From: Ginglymostoma cirratum
Lineage: Eukaryota
Direction of reading: 5' to 3'
Assembly: GCA_024137785.1 (NCBI GenBank)
Contig: JAHRHZ010000022.1
Location: forward strand, 32,275,660-32,339,659
DNA length: 64,000 bases
Numbering within the stretch: position 1 is the first letter of the stretch; each line of letters begins with the position of its first letter. Made by a program: the position numbers and the translations under genes. Below are positions 38,031 through 49,065 of the stretch, piece by piece. The notes beneath the pieces are model-generated. The model made no database searches and was not told the origin of the DNA. It saw nothing but the letters and a program-made list of their open reading frames with translations.

Positions 38031-39439
38031 AAATTTTCTATTCATCAATTCTAGTTATTACATGAAAAGTCATGCTTCACAAGCTTTCATGATAAACTTC
38101 ACCACCACAGCAAAAGCAACACACTTCAAGTCAGGAAGTAGGCCCGATGTCTGCACGGAGAGATAGTGTTTAAAAACTAATAAATAAATACCTAATTCAT
38201 TTGGCTTTGTGGACCTCTCTAATACATTTGATGAAAGTCTTCAAATGTTTCCTTTTCAAGTTTCCCTGTTTCAAAATGTGTATTTATATCGCCTAACTTC
38301 TGAAATTTTCTGGTTGATCTCCATGTGAGGTGGAATGTTTAGAACGGTCGGTTGCCATAGTTACTTAGGAAGACTTTTTTTGCTCATTTCCTGCCGTTTG
38401 CCACATAGATATTGTTTGGAAATTATAGCATTATCCCTAATAGACATTTGCAGGTTCACAAGGTGAAAAATAATCCCGATGTTCCTTGCTGTAATTATGA
38501 GTCCATGCTTTCATGGCACTTTGTGGAAGTAATTATACGTCCGCACTGTGCTATGAATGAATTGCCGAAGTAATGTTAGATTTGTTTCACAATTAAGGGC
38601 GGATGAGAGAGGCAGAACTTGTGTAGTGTGTTCAGGCATGGTGAGCGTAAAGGCCACACAGTCATCAAGTTAATCTAATCAATGGTGGATTGAGCAATGC
38701 TGTGATGTGGTTTTATCCGTCTGAATTTAATGTAAATTCTGTTACAGCAGCACTGCCTGATATGCCTGCAGCTTTGTTCTGATCAGCAGAAAACCCTTCA
38801 GTAACAGTTCAGTGAAGCAGCACAAGCCCACTAAATTGATATTAGAAGTCCGGATGCTAATGTTTTTATTCACATGAAATAGAAAACTGACTAATTTTAC
38901 CATCTTTCAGTTAAAAACATGGCATAGCTTCATTTAAACTTCATATTTGAGCAAAATTCTTTATATTTTCCAGAATATATTTTAAACAGAATGTGGTTCA
39001 TGAAAGGAACACTTGACGCGTACTTATGTCCAAAAGGTGGCTTGTTTGTTTGTTGACATTTCATAATCACTTGTTTTAACGTGCTAAATCTATGTGAGCA
39101 CGACCCACAACAATGAATATTCAAATCAGCATAATGATGTGTGCTCGGAATAAAAAAAATCTGATTTTCTGATCTGCTCTTGTGACTTAAACCAAAATTC
39201 CACTGCTTAGAAATTAAAGGCCTGACTTTCCATTTGGTTACATACAGACAGTCAATCACGAGTGACCAGAACACTATGTTCGACTCTCTGTCACATCAGG
39301 TGTAACAGTGTCACCACAACACTTTGCCTGTTGTATTGAGCTGTTTTTATGGCAATAAATTTTGAGAATTTATATTTTCAAGTGTAGGAACTTTTTTCCA
39401 GTTGTCCACGTCGCCCCTGTTGATCAATTCACTGTCCCA

Positions 39440-39720
39440 GACAGACAGGATTGTAAGGATCACACGCCTGAGTTTAGTCGCCAGGTTGTGTTGAGATCAG
39501 AGCCTACGCCTATGAGAGAAGCATCACAGTTATTACCGACCTCGGCTGTTGAGCTAAAGAGGGAATAAAAATCTGCCATTTCCCTCCACTGAAAGCTCAT
39601 CATTATTCATTGCTGGCAAATATATCCGTACAGATCTCCGGTGAGGACAGTGCTGGACTGGGGCATCACTCATAATCAAATAGGCTGTCAAAACTCCCTG
39701 TTGTGCCTCATTCCTCGGAA
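39440..39720 (+). mobile_element. Old SINE-like repeat (family B, copy 1)
   Basis: acctcggc...gtgaggacagtgctggactg...aatcaaataggctgtcaaaactccctgttgtgcctca shares motifs with 44160-44440. Confidence 0.45.
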
Positions 39721-41242
39721 GCAATCACCTTGGGAGAGCAACCAGGATGTAGGTGGTCACAACAGAACCAATCCCCAGTAAGAATCACCATTGTCAGAAA
39801 AGGGAAAAACAAGTAATGGTCTTATCACAAATTCCAAAAGAATGCATTTTACTCTTTAACAGAAGCAATAAAACAACAAAAATTGTGAGATCTTGCCCTC
39901 CAACTATCAGCGTTACCAACTTAATGGGAAGTCAATTATAATGCCTCCTCTAAGGCCTTTCACCAATGATGCGTTTTGTAAACAGATTTAATTTGTTTGT
40001 GTTTTATAAGCCTTCCTTAAAAATCTTCATTCTTGCTATTTAAATATTGTAAAGTTATTCTCTCAAGTGAAGAAATAAACCTAATCTCAGTTTTTGGCAG
40101 TGGCCTCTGACTTAAACGGATTAGTTGATTAAGCAGTGAGAACAGTGAACGTGTTTACTGATGGTTTCTGCCGTGTTTATCCTTACGGACTGAATTCCAG
40201 AGTATATAATAGCCATAACATTGTGAAAGACTTTGTATGAGTTAAAACTTGTTCAAATAACTCCCTGAGCTATTTTAACGCAACCAAATCTGTATGTGAA
40301 AATCAGTAGAGCCTGTTAGATGGAATTAAGATGAATTTCTGAATTCTTGCTCATGAAATACCAGGCAGTATTTCCATGGTTTCCCATTCCATCGTTGTGG
40401 TGAGGCAGTTATTCTGTGTGGGTAAGGACTTGAAAAAGTTGCCGCATAGTGGTACGTTACCACATAAGCACTTTGTTACCTTAAAATGAATTGCATCCAG
40501 TTTTTCAACCTTGGAGGAAGATACTGTGACTTGCCGTTGTACTGGCAACTTGCAACATGGAGTCATGAGTTACTTTTTTTTTTGAAAGCAAGCTTGTATT
40601 ATGTTGTACCTTGTTATATCGTTAAAACATTTCAAACCACTTCGGATCCTTTCGGAGTGTAGAAAGTTTTGCGTGATGAATGCGCACTCCGTTCTGCTTC
40701 AATATTGCCTCATCTATGATATTAACCCAAGGGAGATAAGTTAGCCAATTTACCAGAAAATCCCTTTCTCTCCTTTTGGTGATATAGGATGCATTAGAAC
40801 ATAGACAGCCGTCTCATATGGGTTGGATTTGGCTACCAAGACAAGGAGCTCAATTTGGGAAATTGCCCAACTTGCTGCACTGGCCTTGATAAAAGGTACT
40901 CCAAATTAGCGATTATTTTCTTTCAACAGAGGTCAGGAATAGAGGCACAATAGGACTATTGCCACCACTGACCCTGGAAACAGAGCATAGCCTACCTGGG
41001 CACTTGCCTGTCCCGTCAGAAAGCCTGTCGCAGTCCTCTACGACTTTGTCCAAGTTGCTTTAAAAGTTGTTAGCCCTGTAACCTATGCTCCTCTTATCTA
41101 CTCACTCCCAACACACCTCTGTTGCCGGAGACAACGTGTGGTATTCCACCTATCCCTCTTAATGGCCCTTCATATCCTGAATACCACGTCCGTAGCTACT
41201 CGCACCATGTCCAGATGGAAACAAATAAACTTCTAACATTAT

Positions 41243-41460
41243 AAAGTGAAGGTAAAGTCACCATAGTCATCTCAGACCACAGGGCTGCTGTCTAATTTGA
41301 GACAGAGACAACTGGTAGTGGTTTAACCTGAAGCTCACTGTGCCTCTGTCAAGGGGAAGAGGTTGAGAAGGAGAATCTCAGCCAGTGCAGGAATTGAACC
41401 TATGCTGTTGGTGTCGTTCTGCAATACTAACCAGGATCCGGCCAGCGAACTAACTAACAA
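41243..41460 (-). mobile_element. tRNA-derived SINE (family A, copy 2)
   Basis: aaggtaaagtcaccatag, gtggtttaacctgaag, gaggttgagaagg and B box read on plus as ggaattgaacc: reverse complement of 2705-2941. Confidence 0.75.
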
Positions 41461-44159
41461 GACAGTACAATATAACACAGCTCTCAATTCTACACACTTC
41501 ATAGCGGGAGGGAGAAAAACGTCTCACTCCCAAAACCAATTGAAAACTTTTCCAACTTCTCATAAAAATAAACAAACTTCTAGTCAGATCCCACATCAAC
41601 TACAGCTGCTTCTTTAATGGTCTCTTTAAGCTGTCACTCAATCCTAAACTTCCAACCCCCTGCTGAGACAATTACAGCTTTGAAACTTAACCAAACATTC
41701 ATAATGGAATAATGATGGCCCTTGAGGAATTATCAACAAAGATTTTTATCTAAATTTCAGGAAGGGACCTGCTTATTCATGTCGATCAAAGCAGCCCAGC
41801 AGAGTTGTTTTATCTTTAATTGACAGCTGAAGCTTGTTTTATTTTAAAATGTGAAGAGCAAGGTGGAAACTTAGATCATAACAGCCATGCAGACCTTATC
41901 TGCACTTCAGGAGCATTTACATCTACTCCTTCAGTTCATGGCTGTCACATTGTGTGTTAATGCCCTCGCAACAGCCAAAATGAGATGTATTTGAGTGTTG
42001 CACTGAGTTCAAATGGCCCTGCTGTGTTTGGGTATCCATTCCTGTGTAAACATGCCCAAGCCCCTTTTCCCCTTTCTGATAGACATTGGATGCGTTGGAA
42101 ATGGGGGCTGGACTTCTGCATCCTGGTGCTGCCCATTATTTTTAGTTTTGTTTCAAATGTCTTGGGAAACCTTCTGAAATTGGCAAAATCCTATCGGTTC
42201 TTTTTAAAAATCTAATTGGAAGCAGAACAATGCAGCGTTCCTGCACTGGAATACCAACAGAATTTATACCTCCTGAGGTCGATATTGATAAATTCACAAC
42301 ATGCTGATCGAAAGGGTTACGTGTGACCAAATGAGTAAGCTGATGCAGGTGATAACGTAATAGGGCTAATAGTGATATCGGCCTTCAGCGACTGGTGCTA
42401 ATTTCAGGGATTGGTGATATTGGTACTGAAGCCAGAGTATACCACATTATTGGTGCTGCAGTATCAAGAGGTTTTTAGTTTTAGGTTTTCAACAGCAAGC
42501 TGACATTGTATATCTTATTTATACATTTTGCATTCTCAGGACTATTGCACGAAAGCCACGACAGTCCTTTTTCCAGTGATCACGTTGTCAATTTCAGGTC
42601 AGCTTGAGAATTATAAATTGAGCAGACCAATAATTTCAATGTAATTTGATTGATTCGGGGAAAGGTAACTACAATAAAATGCAAATTACTTTGAAACACC
42701 AAGAGCTTGAGAACAAAATAATTGCCATCAGTGATGCTGCTGTTATAAGCTTTTGATAATATTTGGTCACTAGAAAGACGCAGAAGGCATATCATGGATG
42801 ATAATCCTCTGCAGAAAATATGCATTTGCAGCAGTTAGTGATGCTAGTGCAATATGTTTGGTTTTAATCACAAATTTATTTTTAATGTCTGCCCCCCAAT
42901 AATACGATCCAAACAATCTGTCCTAAATGAGTCTTGCATACAGGGAAATCTTTACCTGAGAAACTAGAGCTATGGATCCAAAGATGTCACAAGTGATGCA
43001 TAATGGGTTTCTGCCCGTCACTGGTTCTGTGTGCATTCAGAATCTGTGGTATAAAACACATTCAAAAACAGAGATTTGATTTAATTTAAACAACAATTGA
43101 GGAATGAACAAGATAATTAAATCATTATACTTTGCATGATAAAGCTAAAAAAATTAAATAAAGTGTCGAATAAGCAAGTTTACTCGTACTGTATTCCAGT
43201 GATGTGTATTTATTGGAGGTTTTTGTAGTTTAGTTTGAATCAGTTATTTGGCACTCCATTTCAAAACATGAAAATTAACCCAAAGTTTATGTTGTTTATT
43301 GTTTGGAATCAAATAAATAGATAGCAATCCAAAACTAGTACACTGTGCACTTCAGTCAATTGAAAATCTGAATAAAGATCAACAGGCTATATCTCATTCA
43401 GTGCAGAGGTTTGGGATTTTGCTAGCCAGTAAGTGATTCCCAGTGGATGTTTCTTGATGAAAGGAGCATGAATGTACAGCATTAAACATTGCTGGTTAAG
43501 TCAGAAATTACTTTGGCTACTGGGCATTTCTTAGAATTTTGAAGAGCATAAAATTTCATCTCAGTATCAAAGCTTTGATATGGCCTATGAGTAGCAATCA
43601 CAGAATTAAAAGTGTGGAAAGAGTTGATAAAACTCAAAGCATTAAAATTAAGGAGCCGCAAAATTAAATTGAGTCCATGATAATAGGAAAGTCTGTGGCA
43701 ACATTCGATCCTCGCACTGTGACGTTCTTATTTTGCTCAAGGAAATTTTTAACATAGTCTTTCTTTAACCATTTTCTTTATATTTCCAGCACATTATGCC
43801 ATTGTTCACCGCACAAGTATAACTGGACAAATGTTCATAGTGTAGCAATACTGGTTTCAAAGCATTATGGTCAATTATTCCAGGCATGCTGCATTTTCAT
43901 TGTGTGATGCCTTTATTCATACTCGTCGGTATTTTTAAATTATATTTCTGAAGCTGTGTTTCCATCTATTGCAAATCAGTTGAAGATTTTAACAGACTGT
44001 TTAAAATTGTGTATGAGTTTTGGAAATGTCATTACATTGATATGAAAGTAAGCTTCTAAATGGCTAAGAATGGTTGTAAAATCCACAAAAATGCATGCCT
44101 TCAGAGTTCACTTCAGGAGCCGTTCTTCGTCAGAATCAAAAAATGCCTAGAAAATACTT

Positions 44160-44440
44160 CTGACAGACCAGGGTATCACAAATTCAAACCTTAATCTGTG
44201 CTAAATTGGCTGGTCTGAGAAGTGTTGCCTGCAGTAATGTTGTAACTCACCTCAGCAGGTCCTTAGTGAGACATAATCCTCAACCCATGTCCACACTCTT
44301 GCATTTCACGGGATGAATCAGCTTTGAAAGCCTTCACAATTGAATAGCCTGCTGATGTTCCACTGTCTTGCCTCAGTTCGCAAATGAAAAATGGACCTGA
44401 GAGCGAGGCGTTGGAGAGCTGCCAGCGTCTATGTGTAGCA
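44160..44440 (+). mobile_element. Old SINE-like repeat (family B, copy 2)
   Basis: cagaccagggtatcacaaattcaaacc...tctgtgctaaattggctggtct...acctcagc...caattgaatagcctgctgatgttccactgtcttgcctca. Confidence 0.45.
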
Positions 44441-44524
44441 CTTTTAAGAAATCACTCACCTACAGAACAGCAATGTGGAAAGTACTGATGCGGTGCACCA
44501 ATTCAGTACAGGATACACAATCGG

Positions 44525-44882
44525 CTGCAACCAATACACACTCATCCTTGCGCAGTATCACACTCTCAGTCCAGGGCAGCAATAGTGTTATGATTGCTGA
44601 TGACTCCAGTCCAATAACATACATGCACATCCTCAAATTCAATGCAGTGACATTCACATAATCCGGTGCAACAAGAGATTCGTGATGCAAAGTGGCAATG
44701 GGCTTGTAGTCCAATTCGGCAATAAACTCATGGCCTAATGAAGCAATAGATTGTTAGAATCACATAACACGTACACACATTTCCTTGAATTAAATGCAGT
44801 AATGTCCACATGATCCAGGGGCAGCAACATACTTTGGATCCAGTATGCAGAGTAATCTTGGGATCCAGAGCAGCAACATGTC
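44525..44882. repeat. Degenerate tandem repeat, 3-4 partial units
   Basis: Recurring tccag(g)ggcagcaa / tccggtgcaacaa at ~44570, 44662, 44814, 44865, and aacatacatgcacatcctcaaattcaatgcagtgacattcacataatcc vs aacacgtacacacatttccttgaattaaatgcagtaatgtccacatgatcc. Confidence 0.75.
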
Positions 44883-45523
44883 AGCAGGTGGTGGTTGAAG
44901 ATTGCATTCAAATTTGTGTCACAAACCTGGCTCTTACCCATCTACCTCTGGATTTTACTTTGCAATTTCGGCTGTGTCGGGCAACTTGTTTGTTAGTGAC
45001 AGTTTGTCAAATCATATCCATTGAATTACAAGCGAGAGTTTATAAGTCACCAGTGGGTTTCCTGGGCTTTCTGAAAAATTTCAGTGGAAACAAGGTAAGA
45101 ACACAATGGGTAACTGAAGATCAGCAGTAGGCAACAAATCCATATCCATCTTTGCGACAAATCTTCAGTCAGGTTTGCCTCTCTGTCACAACACTGAAAT
45201 GGTCTGATTCGAGACCTCCAAGTGACTTTCAGTATATCTGTGATGCGCTATAACTTTTTTCGCTTCTTGTCTACTGTGAATCCTTTGACATCGAAGGACG
45301 AATGAGGAGAGACATGGAAGACTGAGTGACACTGACTTTGCATGGTTCTACTTTTACCGACTTAGCAATGAATTCTCTTCCCCTTCACCATCATTACCCC
45401 TTGGCCGTATCTCACTCCGCATCAACATATCCTCAGGTTCAGTATCTGAAGACTTATAAGGTTTCAAGTATTCACCTGTACTGACAAATACATGTACCTC
45501 TTCTAATCCCTCCATTATTTCTG

Positions 45524-46058
45524 AAAGATAGTAAGAACTACAGGTGCTAGAGTCAGTCAGTCACTCTGAGAAGGAAAGAAATGCAGATGCAGAACTGCGC
45601 CCACCCCACCCTCCCACTCCCTGGGTGACATGTCCATTTTGAACCTCCTCTGGTGCCACAGTGACGCCACACGCAAACTAGAGGAACAACACCTCATATT
45701 CTACCTCGAGAGCCCATAGCCCGATGGCCTCAACATAGAATTCATTCGTTTCAAAATCTCTCCACCCCTGTCCTCATCCCATGTCCAACCCCCCCTCTCA
45801 ACCCTGCCTCCTCGACCTGACACTACCCGTCCGTCTTCTTCCCAACCTATCCCCCTCTCCCTTCCCACTCATCAATCTCCACTACCCCTACGTGCATCCA
45901 TCTGTCGCCATCCCACCTACCTTCCCACAGCCCCCGCTCCTCTTCCCTCTGTTTATTTCCCCACTCCCTTCCCCTCCCTAGTCCTGATGAAGGGTTTAAA
46001 CTTTCCTGCTCCTCTGATGCTGCCTGACCTGCTGTGTTCCTCCAGCCCCTCACTGTAT
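45524..46058 (+). mobile_element. 5'-truncated Penelope-like element with inverted 5' tip and perfect 17-bp TSD
   Basis: TSD tccctccattatttctg 45507-45523 and 46059-46075; GIY-YIG C-terminal remnant; C/T-rich 3' UTR; gtcCTGATGAaggg hammerhead half at 45981-45994; ends gatgctgcctgacctgctgtgttcctccagc. Confidence 0.9.
45612..45743 (+). pseudogene. C-terminus of PLE RT/GIY-YIG ORF (one in-frame stop)
   Basis: SHSLGDMSILNLLWCHSDATRKLEEQHLIFYLESP*PDGLNIEF resembles the typical vertebrate PLE ending R..EE..I..L....P.GLN. Confidence 0.8.
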
Positions 46059-46667
46059 TCCCTCCATTATTTCTGTACTTTAAGACTGCTTTCATGAGAT
46101 CCAGTCCTGGATGAGACAAATTAAACATTGGGACTATCAAAGGCGTTGTAGTAACCCCCCACCAGAGACTTTGTTCCATTACCACGCATTCTGTATGTTC
46201 AAACTTTGCACTTCCACTGCGCTTTACTCTTGATCCGACATTGTCACGTGTTGAATCTAACTTTGAAATTCCGGCATTTACTCACCCATAAACTGTTTAT
46301 AGATGTACAGTTTGGATTCTACCAGGTTCCAGGCCTCGTTCCAGCCTCAGTGCAAACATGGACAAGAGCTAAACTTGAAAGTCAAGATGTGAGTGACTTA
46401 CCTTGACATCAGGATAGAATTTGACGGAGTAAGGCAGCAAGGAGTCCTAGCAAAATTTAAACCAATGGAAAATGGGTGAACATGCTTCATTGGTTGGAGC
46501 AACACTTATCACAAATGAAGCTAGTCAGGTTGGTGAAGATCAAGGACGACACTACAGGGTGGCCTTTGCGTAATTATCCTAAACCACCGTAACCTGTTGC
46601 GTTATCAATGACCATTTAAATATAAGGTGGGGCTAGTGACCAGAAACTGAACTGGAACAGCAATATG

Positions 46668-46761
46668 CATAAACAGAAATTGTTGGAGGAGCTCAGCAGG
46701 TCAGGCAGGTGTGGAGAGACAAACCAAAGTTAACATTTTGAACCCATGATTTTCCTTCAGG
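46668..46761 (-). mobile_element. PLE-derived short element nested in LINE
   Basis: aaacagaaattgttggaggagctcagcaggtcaggcag...gtggagagacaaaccaaagttaacattttga...ttccttcag. Confidence 0.65.
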
Positions 46762-46973
46762 TACTGTGGCCAGATGAGCAGGTCAGAGGCTGGGAATTCT
46801 TTGGTGAGTAACTCCCCTCCTGACCCTCCCAGAGCCTGTCTGTCATTCACAAGAGATAAGTCAAAATTGTTTCAGAGATAGTAGGAACTGCAGATGCTGG
46901 AGAATCTGAGGTAATAAGGTGTCGAGCTGTATGAACACAGCAGGCCAAGCAGCATCAGAGGAGCAAGAAAGCT

Positions 46974-47001
46974 GACGTTTCGGGTCTAGACCCTTCTTCA
47001 G
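46974..47001 (-). ncRNA. Minimal type I hammerhead ribozyme core, intact
   Basis: Minus strand CUGAAGA-A-GGGU-CUAG-ACCC-GAAAC-GUC: full catalytic core, perfect helix II, loop-less ACGU helix III. Confidence 0.7.
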
Positions 47002-47005
47002 AAAT

Positions 47006-47033
47006 CTGAAGATGGGCGTAGACCGGAAATGTC
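47006..47033 (+). ncRNA. Hammerhead core on the opposite arm, partly decayed
   Basis: CUGAAGA-U-GGGC-GUAG-ACCG-GAAAU-GUC. Confidence 0.5.
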
Positions 47034-47599
47034 AAGCTTTCTTGCTCCTCTGATGCTACTTGGCCTGCTGCGTTCATCCAGCTCTACACCTTGTTACCTC
47101 AGTCAAAAATGTGATGGGATGCTCTCCAATTTCCTTGATGAGTGCAGCAGCAACAATGTTCAAGGGGCTTGCCAACATCCAGGATAAAGCACGGTGCTTC
47201 GTTGACACCTCATCCACCACCTTAAGCATTCACTATGTCCATCATTGGCTCACAGTGGCAGCAATGATATACCAAATGGATCGTGGCAACTAGCCAAAGC
47301 TCCTTCAATCACACCTTCCAAAACTATGAACTTCAACACCAAGAAGGACAAGGGCAGCACTTGCATGGGAACATCGTAATTGGCAGACTCCTCTCCAAGT
47401 CACACCCTGTTTCTTCACCATCACTCAGACTCAGCAACAGCATTGTGGGTATACTTATACTTCCTGGACTGCAGCAGTTCCCAAAGATGGCTCCCTCCAA
47501 TATGAGGGATGAGCACCAAATGCTGGCCTTGCCAATGATGCTGACATCCCATGAAGGAATAAGGAGGGAAAAAAAAGAAAGCAAAGCTTGTAAACCTCA

Positions 47600-48085
47600 G
47601 ACCTCTACATTATTCTTCTGAACCCCACTTGCATAATCTCATCTTTCCTTGTCATTGTTGAAACTCTTGTCCATGCCCTCAGCATTTACTGCTAGGTTCA
47701 TGTGAATACTCTTCTGTTGAGCCTCCCACCCTCTCTCCGTCTTGGATTAAATCTATATATTTAAAAAAAAAAGTTCCTCTGTCCTAACCCACACCAGTTC
47801 CAGATTATTCATTAACCCTTTGCCCGTAGGCATTGGAACTGCTCTTGTTCCCTCAACACCTCCAATTTAAATTTCTTATTCGGGTTTTCTAATCCACATC
47901 CTCATAACTCATACCTCTGTGTATTTCTCTATCTCCACAACACTTCAAGAATCCTCTGCTGATCCTCAATTTTGACTCCTCGTGCATCCTTGTACACCAC
48001 TCTTGGCAGCTATGTCTTCAGTCATTTAAGCTGGGTTTTATTTCGTCAATCTTTCAGCTCCTGTTCTCTCACTTAAGATGCTCTT
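47600..48085 (+). mobile_element. L2-like LINE 3' fragment
   Basis: ttgaaactcttgtccatgcc, cctctgtcctaacccacacc, tttaaatttcttatt, cctcaattttgactcctcgtgcatcc parallel 15940-16450. Confidence 0.65.
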
Positions 48086-48189
48086 CTCTCCACAGCAGCC
48101 TTTGGTAAGTTGGCAGGTGGAAATGCTTTGTCCCAGGCCTGGCTTCAACCCAATCATATTTAACAATTACCGATTGCTGTTCGTGAAGC

Positions 48190-49065
48190 AGTACTGCCTT
48201 TCAGCCTTTGTGTTGCACCATTATCGGATCAAGTGATACTACGTCTTCATTAGACATTTCTCGTTGGTCATCTCCTTCAGGTTGAGGTTGGCCAGATAGT
48301 GGCTGTTGATATCTGAAAGGAAAAATGCCAAAGGAAAGTGGTGGAGTGAGCTAAGTGGGACGGAAGTTTAGTTGAAGTGGAACTGAGAGGATATCCTCCG
48401 ATCTGTAAAGAATGAGGGTGAAGTGAAATTCAAGAGGATGCACAACGACAAAACATATTGCCATCCTAAATATTCTCGATGACACTGAATGTAATGGCCC
48501 ACGTATCTCCTGGCCATGTAATGTGGAGCACAGTTTCCTCCAAACAGCTCCAGGGATGCCAGTATGCCTGAGCCCACCAATTCTCAGCTGCTTTGTGTGG
48601 GTAATAAATGACCTTGACCTGCAAGAGAAAGGAAAAGAAATAAGTGTTGTCAGACGTTTGGACAATGGACCATGTCTGGCAGTATGTGGAAGCTGAGAGT
48701 GGTGGTTCTTAGGAATGCAGCAAAATATCTACGCATTTAGCGTGAGTCCAGATTGCTAAAGGATGAGTGATTGGGACTTGGTATGTTTAGCAGTGTGAAG
48801 CTGGTGCTGTGATGAGCAGAGGACATTATTTGAAGATGTGTAACTGACCTTGACAACTCTCTTGATATTATTGAAAATTTTCTGGCACTGTTGCTATGAC
48901 CTTGGGTCCAGACTCTTGGAGATGGCTTCTGTGACTGACTGCTTCCTTCAGAGAATATGCTTTGGGAGGCCCAAAGCCTTCTGTCAAAAAAATAACCTTT
49001 CTCCTCCCATCAGCCACCTGCGCTAAAGCCATCAGAGAACCTTGGAATCTTCTTCCTCTCTAGCC
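48190..49065 (-). pseudogene. Harbinger/PIF transposon Myb/SANT-like (trihelix) DNA-binding gene relic, three exons
   Basis: Exon 1 ERKKIPRFSD (PRFSD 49045-49031)..GRRKVIF..SLDPRS*QQCQKIFNNIKRVVK|gtcagt (donor after 48849); acceptor tttcttttcctttctcttgcag|exon 2 from 48618 VKV...QLRIGG...LEETVL; acceptor tttttcctttcag|exon 3 from 48312, acidic EGDDQREMSNEDVVSLD. Confidence 0.75.

Larger units (their letters stand above)
46871..47100. mobile_element. Palindromic (fold-back) PLE-derived element with 12-bp TSD
   Basis: Inverted arms 46906-47002 and 47005-47102 with a 2-nt spacer; TSD agtcaaaattgt 46859-46870 / agtcaaaaatgt 47101-47112. Confidence 0.92.
46240..47575 (+). mobile_element. CR1-group LINE RT and 3' end, degenerate, hosting two nested insertions
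   Basis: RHLLTHKLFIDVQFGF, VQTWT, cttgacatc...tttgac (LDI..FD), atcaatgac (IND); tail aaatgctggccttgccaatgatgctgacatcccatgaaggaataa. Confidence 0.8.

Noticed and set aside
44525-44882. CRISPR-like repeat-spacer array
   Set aside because: Eukaryotic context; units are diverged and irregularly spaced; no cas genes.
46906-47102. pre-miRNA or DNA-transposon MITE
   Set aside because: Arms are copies of a PLE 3' end with hammerhead cores, and TSDs in the family are long and variable (11-17 bp), unlike fixed-length DDE TSDs.
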